From the NCBI GenBank assembly GCA_044892525.1, contig CM097885.1:24058001-24122000 (forward strand): a stretch of DNA of 64,000 nt. Direction: 5' to 3'. Positions 1 to 8,742 of the stretch are shown here, piece by piece (position 1 is the first letter of the stretch; each line of letters opens with the position of its first letter). The position numbers and the translations under genes were made by a program. Origin of the DNA: Schmidtea polychroa (taxonomy: Eukaryota). Under the pieces are notes generated by a model. That model was not told where the DNA came from and did no database searches. It worked only from the letters and a program-made list of their open reading frames with translations.

Positions 1-297
1 TAAGTAAATTAAGAGTCTAAAAATTGATCAAATTAAATTATGGGCTTTTATTTTTAAAAAAAAGTAATCATTGTTCAAAGATTTTAAAAATTTAAGTAAT
101 ATTTTTAAATTAAGTAAAATAAATAAAAATTTTAAATTAAAGTAAATTTTTAAATAAGTTAATTAAAGTAATAATTTTAATTTTATAATCAAAAAGTTTG
201 AATGATAGGCAGCTTTTGAGAAATGAAAATCTTTAATGAAAGTTTTTATGAAATTATTTTTAAAGAAAATTTAGATGCAAATTTCGCAAGTAATAAT

Positions 298-330
<33 letters not shown>

Positions 331-929
331 TCAATCAAATACTTAACAACTAAAGACTTTATTAACAACACATAAAAAATAACTATAATAATAAATAAAA
401 ATTAACAAGACAGTGATAAAGATACAAAATTTATTCATCATCATATATTTGCTTATAAGAAGCTTTTCCTAATTCAGGAAGAAGAATGTTTCTTAAATTC
501 TTGTCAAAATCTAAAATTCAACCAGATACCTACAACCAAAATACTAACAAATATGTACTATCTAGGTATTATTTACATTCAGATAATAAATACCAACTAT
601 CAGCTGCTAAGGATTTTTAACTAGGTACTAACAAATAAGTACCAAATACTTACAACTAAGAACTTACAACCAGATAGCTGCTACCATGTATTAACAACCA
701 ACAAACAACTAGCTACTAACAGATTAGTTTCAAAGATTATTTACTAACAATCAACAACAACCAACTAACTAGGTACCAGATACCAAATACTAAGTAACTC
801 TCAAACAACCAGATACTAAAGACTTACAACCAGGTATTTACAATCAACTAAATATTCTTCATTGTATTTTATCAAATTGTATTTTATATAAATGAGACAT
901 GATAAATTGACAAAGATGATTTACAATTA

Positions 930-1122
930 CAACCAATTACAATTGGTAAATAAATTGGTGAGTGAATTTACACGCCAACCACCACTATAGAGAACGTATC
1001 TCAGTGGTGTTTGGTGTATATGTGATGTATTTGTGTGTTAATTTTATTTTTCTACCACTTTCTCACCTTCTATATAAATGATTTTATTCATTAAAACATT
1101 AAAATTTAAAGCGCAGGTAAGT
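930..1122 (+). promoter_or_regulatory. Putative Pol II promoter plus first-exon splice donor (the Polinton target site)
   Basis: CCAAT/ATTGG boxes ~931-959, TATATAAA ~1071-1078, CAG|GTAAGT at 1114-1122; repeated at ~29250-29445, ~30750-30941 and inverted at ~55262-55450. Confidence 0.4.
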
Positions 1123-2063
1123 AGTGTGGTTATATACCCAACCAAAACAGCCCCCTAACAAAAACATGCCTCCAAATCACTTAAGCTATTAGAAAAACAA
1201 CCTAAAACTTATACTTTTATAGTATTTTAACCCTATATTTTGAAAACAACCACCCTTAATGACTCTAACTGTTTTAATCTTTAAAGCCTCAAACTCAAAA
1301 GCTTCAAACTAAAAAGAGAATAGAAAAGAAAATGGCATTATGAAAAAGTTAGAGGGCTATTTGATCTTAATCAGATTATTGATTTTAAATTATATAAATT
1401 AAAAAATAAATGAAAAATAGTAAAACTGCTCTGAGGGGACAGTGGTATTTTTTTTTTTTTTCACTGTCCCCTCAACAGTTTTTTTTGATCCGGATCATTT
1501 TTTTTATTTATCAACCTCTTTCGTTTATCGAATCTCTTCCAATATACAAGCTGGCCAGACTCATACATCATTATCAATCCGATAATAGCAGCACACCTTA
1601 TTATTCGCTTCTCGCTCAAATACGATTTCATCGGCGTTTTAAGTGTGCTGCTCGAAAGTACAAATGAATTCGAAAGCTAATTCGAAAGAGGTCCGAAAAC
1701 AACTGAGAAATAAATGTGCACATTAAAGAATCGATCCGGGGGTGTTCGAAAGACAGGTGGCGATAATTACCGGTTCGCCACCATCACCCGTTTCAATATT
1801 TTTTTTTTCATATTTATGTTTAAAAAATAATTAATTAATAAAAAAATAAAATAAAATAAAATAAATAAAATAAAATATACAAGTACTTTATAAATATAAG
1901 ATACCCACACTATTTTCAATATTATTTTCAAAGTTTTAATATTATTTTATGTTGAAAAAAAAACTAACCTCAGATGTGATTTGAACCGCTAGCATTTTGA
2001 ACCACTGTGTCAGTCTAGACCACTGCGCCATCAAGGTTTGGATTTTTTGTCATTTTTTTAAAT
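1120..2063 (+). repeat. Left terminal inverted repeat of Polinton copy 1
   Basis: Near-perfect reverse complement of 14814-15748. Confidence 0.95.
1966..2037 (-). ncRNA. tRNA-like Pol III cassette 1 (left TIR, copy 1)
   Basis: Reverse complement of 14839-14910: A-box TGGCGCAGTGG, B-box GGTTCAAATC, then a T9 run. Confidence 0.6.
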
Positions 2064-2279
2064 AATCGATTCAAGTTCTTTTATTCTTTCCTGTAATTGT
2101 TTTATTTTATCTAATCTTTTCTCAGCTACTTCTACTGCATTCATGTAAAAATGTCGATACTTTTCATTCTCTACCGCCAACTCTTTAATGTATTCTAATG
2201 GTTCTTCTTCTCTTCTTTTTATTCTCTTAAGTTTAACTTCATTCAATTCATTTCTCATTCTTTCAATAAAGTCAATCAT
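2058..2279 (-). CDS. Small charged coiled-coil protein (73 aa), Polinton accessory
   Basis: AAAATG start context like the other element genes; E/K/R-rich helical sequence; stop at the inner TIR edge; identical in copy 2. Confidence 0.55.
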   Translation of the reverse strand: MIDFIERMRNELNEVKLKRIKRREEEPLEYIKELAVENEKYRHFYMNAVEVAEKRLDKIKQLQERIKELESII

Positions 2280-2365
2280 TTTTATAAATTATTTTTTTAT
2301 TGAATTCCCTTTTATTTTTATTTTTATTTTTCAACTTTTATTTTTATCAACTTTTATATATAAAA

Positions 2366-3658
2366 ATGAATAATATAAATCTTAAAATTCAAGAAAAAAA
2401 TAAATTAAATCTTGATTATAATAAAGAATTTACTCATGAAATTAAAAAAAATGATATTTTAAAAATCTCGCCAACTTCAGGATCTATTGCAAATTTAAAT
2501 CGTAGGGGTGATATAGTTTTTCAATCTCTTCAAACATCAAACCCAATAGATATTTGTATTGCCAAATTATATTACAAAGTAGAATTAGAAATTGAAGCAA
2601 ACAAAGATATAACCCTAGAAAATAATTTCTTTCCAAATTTATTCTCCAACATGAGATTAAAACTAGGATCATCAGAAATTGAAACTGTTTTGCACCCGGG
2701 AGTATATTCTACAATGTTAAATTTTATTTTGACTGGTTGTGATTATAAAAACGAATATGGTGAATTAACATGTTGGATTCCTGATGTTAATAAAGGGGAT
2801 TTAGATAAAGATGGTTTAGATGTAAACCATGGTTACCATAAAAGAGCTGAACTTTATAAATCTAAAAAATTTGAAGGTTATTTTGAAATAAAACACTTGT
2901 TTGGATTCCTTCAAAACTATAATCGTATACTTCATAATGTTTTTATAGAATTCATCTGTAATAGAGTAGAAGGTGATAAAAGATTGTTCTATGGAGCTGT
3001 AGATACAAAAGCTAAATTAAAATTATCAACACTTGAATTACATATACCTGAATGGACATTAAACCCACATTCTGAGATTAAACTCCTTGAAAGATTAAAT
3101 TCCAACAAGTCTATAAATGTAAATTATTTAAATAGAATCTGTAGTGAATTTAGTATGACAGAGGGTTCAACATATTCTATAAAGGTAGCAAATTTAGCAT
3201 ACCGACCAAGATATATCTTGATTGGATTCAAAGAAACAGATTCATCTTTCCAAAAAAATAACAATCTATTTATTCAAAAGATTGGAGATGATAATTTAAA
3301 AACAATCCAAATTCAATTAAATAGTTCTTATTATCCAATAAATAGAATGGAATTTAATATTGAAAATAATGAAAACATATTCCCATATCTAAATTATATT
3401 GAAAAATGTTATGATTTCAAAGTTGAACCGCAATTAAGTTTAGAAGATTTCAAAAATTTATATTCTATATTTTGTATAAATGTATCAGACCAAGATGATC
3501 GATTAGCCATAAATAATGTTGATGTTACACTTCATGTAACAAAGGATTCTAATTTTAAAGCTAAAGTATATACATTAATATTAGAAGAAAAGAAAATAGA
3601 AATGAAATTATATGGTGGAAAGATTTCAATTATTGAAAATGTTAGGGGAGATTCTTAA
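2366..3658 (+). CDS. Major capsid protein (double jelly-roll, Polinton PY/hexon-like)
   Basis: 430 aa from ATG 2366 (the ORF track starts at an upstream TTG); motifs NNFFPNLFSNMRLKLG..EIE, PRYILIGF, QIQLNSSYYP, YSIFCINVS resemble Polinton MCPs. Confidence 0.85.
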   Translation: MNNINLKIQEKNKLNLDYNKEFTHEIKKNDILKISPTSGSIANLNRRGDIVFQSLQTSNPIDICIAKLYYKVELEIEANKDITLENNFFPNLFSNMRLKLGSSEIETVLHPGVYSTMLNFILTGCDYKNEYGELTCWIPDVNKGDLDKDGLDVNHGYHKRAELYKSKKFEGYFEIKHLFGFLQNYNRILHNVFIEFICNRVEGDKRLFYGAVDTKAKLKLSTLELHIPEWTLNPHSEIKLLERLNSNKSINVNYLNRICSEFSMTEGSTYSIKVANLAYRPRYILIGFKETDSSFQKNNNLFIQKIGDDNLKTIQIQLNSSYYPINRMEFNIENNENIFPYLNYIEKCYDFKVEPQLSLEDFKNLYSIFCINVSDQDDRLAINNVDVTLHVTKDSNFKAKVYTLILEEKKIEMKLYGGKISIIENVRGDS

Positions 3659-3675
3659 TATTTTAACATTTTAAA

Positions 3676-5088
3676 ATGTCTTTAAATAAACCCTATTGGA
3701 GATGTGAAACTTGTAATTGTCAAGTTACAAGACATCATAAAGCAAGTCATCTTAAAACTAAAAAACATACAGTAGGTGATCTAATTCCACGAGCTGGAGG
3801 CGATTTGCAATCTTCAAAAACAACATCTTCAATATTAAAACCTTTTACTACAGAAAAATATCCAGGTGAAAGACATTTATTTAAACACAACTATACTGGA
3901 CCAGGAACACGTCTAGATATTAGATTAGATGAAAATAATAATCCCAAACAAGGAGAAGAACCAATAAATAGAATTGATCAAGCAGCTTTAAAACATGACA
4001 TTGCATACAATTCAACAAATCTTAGAGATAGACATGTTGCAGATGTGAATTTAATACATGATTTAAATAGTATCCAAAATCCATCAACCCAAGAAAAGAT
4101 TCAAAGAGCCCTAGTTAAATTAGCAATGAAAGGTAAGATTTTCATAGGCTTAGGACACAGTCCGATCACCATGGGTGCAAGACTTCCTTGGAAAGCAAAA
4201 GATGTTGCTTATAAAAAGATTATCGAACAAGCAGAGATTGAAAGATCCCTCGAGAGTACAGCCAAGACTAGTTTACAAACCCCAACAGAATCAGAAATAA
4301 AATATGCAAAGGAATTACACCATGAATTTAGAAAAAATAAAAAATATTTAAAAGTTCAAGTACATGAAAAAGATCAAACATGGTCTGCAGATTTAGTCTT
4401 TATGCCCAAATCATCAGACCCTGAAAAATATAAAATAATTTTAACTGTAATAGATTTATATACAAGATTTGCTTTTGCAAGATGTTTAGAAAATAAAACA
4501 AGATATTCTATTACAGAAGCATTTGAAAATATATTTGAAGAAAATCAAAGAATCCCAAAATATTTATGGTGTGATAAAGGAACAGAATTTTATAACAAAG
4601 TTTTTACAAAGTTTTTAAATGAAAATGATATTAAATTATATTCAACAGAAAACGAAGGAAAAGCAGTCGTAGTTGAAAGATTAAATAGAACATTAAAAAA
4701 TAAAATGTGGAAATATTTTACTGCTATTGGAAAACAAAAATGGAACAATGAATTGTTACAAAAGATTGTAAATGAATATAATAATGATGTACATAGTTCT
4801 ATAAAATTAACACCTTTCAATGCTTCCATGAAGCCTGAAACCATTAAAGTGGTAAATATTGAAAATGATGTTATTGAAAAACCAAAGTTTAAAATTGGTG
4901 ACCGAGTAAGAATATTTAAATATAAAAATAAATTTGAAAAAGGATTCACAGCAAAATGGACAAATGAAATTTTTATTATAAATAAAATACATTATACAAC
5001 TCCAATAACATATAGCATCTTTGATTTAAATAATGAAAAAATATTAGGTAGATTTTATAATAATGAACTACAGAAAACAGATTTTTAA
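3676..5088 (+). CDS. Fusion protein: N-terminal Zn finger + parvovirus-type phospholipase A2 (PLA2X) + retroviral-like DDE integrase
   Basis: CETC..H..TKKH finger; HNYTGPGT Ca-binding loop and DQAALKHDIAY catalytic HD; integrase WSADLVFM, LWCDKGTEFYN, VERLNRTLK; C-terminal KFKIGDRVRI module. Confidence 0.92.
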   Translation: MSLNKPYWRCETCNCQVTRHHKASHLKTKKHTVGDLIPRAGGDLQSSKTTSSILKPFTTEKYPGERHLFKHNYTGPGTRLDIRLDENNNPKQGEEPINRIDQAALKHDIAYNSTNLRDRHVADVNLIHDLNSIQNPSTQEKIQRALVKLAMKGKIFIGLGHSPITMGARLPWKAKDVAYKKIIEQAEIERSLESTAKTSLQTPTESEIKYAKELHHEFRKNKKYLKVQVHEKDQTWSADLVFMPKSSDPEKYKIILTVIDLYTRFAFARCLENKTRYSITEAFENIFEENQRIPKYLWCDKGTEFYNKVFTKFLNENDIKLYSTENEGKAVVVERLNRTLKNKMWKYFTAIGKQKWNNELLQKIVNEYNNDVHSSIKLTPFNASMKPETIKVVNIENDVIEKPKFKIGDRVRIFKYKNKFEKGFTAKWTNEIFIINKIHYTTPITYSIFDLNNEKILGRFYNNELQKTDF

Positions 5089-5099
5089 GTCGACAAGCC

Positions 5100-5906
5100 C
5101 TAAAACAAACTTTTCCATATTTCAGCTTCTTCTCTATCCAAATAAATATAATTATATTTTTCTTTCCAATGATTATCAACAAACATATCAAACATATTCT
5201 TATCAGGTTCAACATTTGAAAATAAATCATTATAAATCATATTCTTATCACGGCGATCTAATTTAAAAAATATAAAACAATTGGAATTATTTCTTATTGA
5301 ATTTTTATCTAAAGCATAATATGTTTGAGATATATAAATAACATTACAATTATTATGTCGACCTCGTGTAAAGTAACTCTTTTGAATCTCTTGATTTTTC
5401 ATATTAACAACATCATCAAATATAACTAGATTCTTTTTATCTTTAGGAAGTAAATCACAATGTAAAACATCTTCAGGTTTATTAGAGAATAAAACTTGAA
5501 TTGCCTCCTGCCCTTCTTCACAAATATAATCATTTTTATTACTAATATCTGATTCTAAAATCTTTTCCTTATACCAATCAACCATATCACAAGGTTGAAA
5601 AACTTCTTCAGGACACCTATGTTGATTTTTAAAAATATCAATTATTGCTTTTTTAGTTAATTTATTTTCAAATCCACATTTCAAAAGTTGTAATTCTGGT
5701 TGATTTATGGTTGTAGAATAAAAGATTAAATTATTATAATCTAAAAAATCATCTTCAAGTAACATTCTCAAAACAAGTACATTCTTTCCACATCCAGAAG
5801 AACCAACAATTAATAATCTAAAATTATCAGGAAATACTTTATTATTAAATTTACTCTTATGTCTATTTAAAATTGGTTTCCAAATTATTGGACTTCGTAC
5901 ATCCAT
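5100..5906 (-). CDS. A32/FtsK-like DNA packaging ATPase
   Basis: Walker A LLIVGSSGCGKN, Walker B LVIFDD, FTRGRHNN, YISQTYY, IRNN; first ATG at 5906. Confidence 0.92.
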   Translation of the reverse strand: MDVRSPIIWKPILNRHKSKFNNKVFPDNFRLLIVGSSGCGKNVLVLRMLLEDDFLDYNNLIFYSTTINQPELQLLKCGFENKLTKKAIIDIFKNQHRCPEEVFQPCDMVDWYKEKILESDISNKNDYICEEGQEAIQVLFSNKPEDVLHCDLLPKDKKNLVIFDDVVNMKNQEIQKSYFTRGRHNNCNVIYISQTYYALDKNSIRNNSNCFIFFKLDRRDKNMIYNDLFSNVEPDKNMFDMFVDNHWKEKYNYIYLDREEAEIWKSLF

Positions 5907-5921
5907 TTTGTTTATTATAAA

Positions 5922-6515
5922 ATGACAACTGAAGAATCTTTGCAAGAATTAATAAATTCAAATAAAAATAAATCAGTAGTAATTGATGGTAAAAAATATT
6001 TTATTGGAAAACATGTAAAAGAACAAGTTAGAGCGAAGCTCCACGAAGCTAAAGAAGGTGGCATTCTTCCATTAGCTCCTTTAATACCTGCAATCATTGC
6101 TGGTTTATCAGGTGCTGCTGGAATAGCTGGAGGAATTGCAACTACAGTTCAAAAAGCTAAAGAATCTCAAAAGACAGACCTAGAAAAAGAAAAACTACAA
6201 ACTGAAATCGATTCAATGAAGAAGGTAGGGCAAGCTAAAGGGGGAGTGTCCGTTGGAAAGGGTCTCTATCTTAATCCATATGAGGGGAGTCGGCAAAAGT
6301 CTCAGGGGACTCTGTCCAAGGGAAAGGGTCTCTATCTTGATCCTTATAAAGGTAGAGGTTTAAATGATTTTTTAAAAAATCAAATTTCTACATCTGAATC
6401 TTTATCTTCAAAAGATAAAGAAGATTTAAAAAAAATATGTAAATCTTTAAAGAATGGATGCCTATGTAAAACTCAAAATGGTAAAGGATTATACTTGAAG
6501 CCCTTCGAACTATGA
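5922..6515 (+). CDS. Adenovirus pX/mu-like core or membrane-active precursor with GKGLYL repeats
   Basis: EGG-ILPLAPLIPAIIAGL..AAGIA resembles the adenovirus pX C-terminus (GG-ILPLLIPLIAAAIG..PGIA); three GKGLYLxP[YF] repeats. Confidence 0.65.
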   Translation: MTTEESLQELINSNKNKSVVIDGKKYFIGKHVKEQVRAKLHEAKEGGILPLAPLIPAIIAGLSGAAGIAGGIATTVQKAKESQKTDLEKEKLQTEIDSMKKVGQAKGGVSVGKGLYLNPYEGSRQKSQGTLSKGKGLYLDPYKGRGLNDFLKNQISTSESLSSKDKEDLKKICKSLKNGCLCKTQNGKGLYLKPFEL

Positions 6516-6537
6516 TACCATTTTTGATACCATTAAA

Positions 6538-7419
6538 ATGGTATATGAAGAAAGATTAGCACTTTTAAAAAAATTACAATCAGAACAAGATAAATATAAT
6601 AAAAAAGATACAACTCAACATGCTGAATCTATAATATTAAATGAGGTAATAACACAACAACAGGGGCCAACAATTAAAGCTATAAAAGAGTTGGAAGATT
6701 TCAATGAGCAAGCAAAATTTAAAGAGTTAGAAGATAAAAAACAAAAAATAAAAGAACTAGAGTGGCAGGATAAAGAAAAAGAATCCAGTGAAAACCATCC
6801 TGAAAGAAATCAAAGAAAACGCAGAAGAATTACTAATGTGGAAGAAGAAGAAATGTTTTTAAAAACAAAACCTCTTAAAGTTGATCCTAAAATTAGAGAT
6901 GATTTACCTCCTTCAATTAGACCCACATTTAATACTAATACTGAAGGATATCAAATAATAACAATTAATAAACAAAACTTTACTTTATATTCAAATTCAG
7001 AAAATAAATCACGTATTCATTCACAAAATGTTTATAATAATGAATATTTAGACTTTGAATTTACAGATGATTTTTATAGATTACTTTGTGGATATTCTTC
7101 AGATGATGTTGAAGAAATTAAAAAATATTTAAATTTAATAAGATTAATAAGAGCTAGTTCTAAAGCAAAATATATTCAAGATTTAAAGAATTATTTAAAT
7201 AAAAATGAAAAGGGTTATGTTGTTACAGAGGGAGAGGGATTATTTATTGAAGGTGGTAAACCAAATCCCATCAATCTTTTTATTGAATTAAGAAAACTAT
7301 TAGCTGCAAGGAAAGCAGGACATAATAATTTAGATTCTGATATTTTAAAGATTTCTAAAGATTTGTTAAAACAAGGAATAATTTCAAAAGATAAATTTAA
7401 TAAGTATACGAAGTTATAA
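6538..7419 (+). CDS. Conserved Polinton hypothetical protein (293 aa)
   Basis: Coiled-coil N-terminus; C-terminal GEGL...LRKLLAARKAGHNN...LLKQGII motif of the kind I recall from animal Maverick ORFs. Confidence 0.7.
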   Translation: MVYEERLALLKKLQSEQDKYNKKDTTQHAESIILNEVITQQQGPTIKAIKELEDFNEQAKFKELEDKKQKIKELEWQDKEKESSENHPERNQRKRRRITNVEEEEMFLKTKPLKVDPKIRDDLPPSIRPTFNTNTEGYQIITINKQNFTLYSNSENKSRIHSQNVYNNEYLDFEFTDDFYRLLCGYSSDDVEEIKKYLNLIRLIRASSKAKYIQDLKNYLNKNEKGYVVTEGEGLFIEGGKPNPINLFIELRKLLAARKAGHNNLDSDILKISKDLLKQGIISKDKFNKYTKL

Positions 7420-7441
7420 ATACGAAGTTTTAAAATACAAA

Positions 7442-7906
7442 ATGACTCCTTCAATATTAGATTTTTTAAAAACATTTGGAATAAATGCAAAAACAAATTT
7501 TGATTTAAAAGATTATGCAAATTATTTAAATTTAAAAATTAAAATATTAATGAATGATGAATTATCAAGTCTGGAGAGTCCCCTGAATATAATAATCAAT
7601 TATCAAAATTCAAATGAAAAAGGATCTCATTGGGTTTGTATATATAAGAAATCTATCTACTTTGATTCTTTTGGGATTAAACCTACTAAAGAAGTTGAAG
7701 ATTATCTCTTGAGGGGTTCTCCGATTGATTCCCCAAATGGTTATACTTTTAACTCTTTACAAGTTCAACCTTTGAATACTAAAATATGTGGTATTTTAAG
7801 TTTATATGTTTTGTATAGATTGAATAAGGAAGAGGGAAAGGGGCATACGCATGATTTTGAATCTATAATTCAAGAAATTTATAATGATCTAGAATCTCTA
7901 CTATAA
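7442..7906 (+). CDS. Adenain-like cysteine maturation protease
   Basis: GSHWV (His), YFDSFG (Asp), QVQPLNTKICG (oxyanion Gln and catalytic Cys). Confidence 0.92.
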   Translation: MTPSILDFLKTFGINAKTNFDLKDYANYLNLKIKILMNDELSSLESPLNIIINYQNSNEKGSHWVCIYKKSIYFDSFGIKPTKEVEDYLLRGSPIDSPNGYTFNSLQVQPLNTKICGILSLYVLYRLNKEEGKGHTHDFESIIQEIYNDLESLL

Positions 7907-7992
7907 GGATTTTTACTATAAGGATTTTTACTATATGAATTTACTACTAAAGAAATGGAGCTTCACAACCCTCCGGAAGATAATTTAAAAAA

Positions 7993-8718
7993 ATGGTAAA
8001 CATAATGTCAGATAAATATTCAAGAACTTTATCTATAAATTCAAAAGAATCAGAGTTTACTATAAACTTTCAAGATTCAATTAAATTAGATCAAAATTTA
8101 AATTATGAATTGGGGCTATTATGGTTTTGTGCTTATAATACTATTTTTAATATAACTAAAGATAATAATAAATTTACTATTCGAACTCGTGATGGGCATA
8201 AACCAGAAATTATAACAATAGAACCTAGGGCATATGAGATAAAAGATTTAAATGATATACTTTCTAAAAAAACAAATGAAGGTATTAAAATTAAAATGGA
8301 TATACCAACTTCAAAATGTGTAATGACTTTGAAGAATATAAAAATTAGTTTTTTAGATAATTGTTTCTTTCACACAGTTTTAGGATTTAAACCTATGGAT
8401 ATAACAATAAAAGAAGATAAAATAATAACATCAGAACATATTATAAAAATAATAAATACAAACACAATAAATATTCATTGCGATTGTATAACAGGTTCTT
8501 ATAATAATGGTAAACAAACAAATGTTTTATATTCCTTTCCCTCAAACACAGTTCCTATGGGATATAAAATAGTTGAAAGAATGAATCCTCCAAATTATTT
8601 ACCTTTATGTAGAAAATATATAATGGATATTAATTTTAAAATTCTTAATCAAGAAGGAGAATTGATTGATTTTAATGGAGAAGAGATTTCAATGTATTTA
8701 CATTTGAAACAGGTTTGA
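7993..8718 (+). CDS. Minor capsid protein / penton (single jelly-roll)
   Basis: FTINFQDSIKLD...YELGL, NIHCDCITGSYNNG, LYSF, YLPL, LNQEGELIDFNGE..SMYLHL; start may be 8005. Confidence 0.85.
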   Translation: MVNIMSDKYSRTLSINSKESEFTINFQDSIKLDQNLNYELGLLWFCAYNTIFNITKDNNKFTIRTRDGHKPEIITIEPRAYEIKDLNDILSKKTNEGIKIKMDIPTSKCVMTLKNIKISFLDNCFFHTVLGFKPMDITIKEDKIITSEHIIKIINTNTINIHCDCITGSYNNGKQTNVLYSFPSNTVPMGYKIVERMNPPNYLPLCRKYIMDINFKILNQEGELIDFNGEEISMYLHLKQV

Positions 8719-8742
8719 AGATTCATTTTAAATTATTAATAA

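Noticed and set aside
1095..1125. Spliced-leader RNA gene at the Polinton target
   Set aside because: A donor is present, but I cannot match a known SL exon or identify a convincing Sm site and stem-loops.
1586..1600. TAGCAGCACA resembling the miR-15/16 5' end
   Set aside because: The hairpin interior is branched, unlike a pre-miRNA, and a match this short can arise by chance.
1410..1667. 85-aa ORF in the TIR (and equivalents at 15163-15426, 31261-31482, 44639-44869)
   Set aside because: Frame and length differ among the four TIRs because of T-run slippage and indels; the region is better explained as structured non-coding sequence.
4590..5266. Short antisense/overlapping ORFs within Polinton genes (also 2188-2672, 7215-7520, 8751-9071, 10788-14262 and copy-2 equivalents)
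   Set aside because: Shadow ORFs of real genes with no motifs, mostly non-ATG starts.
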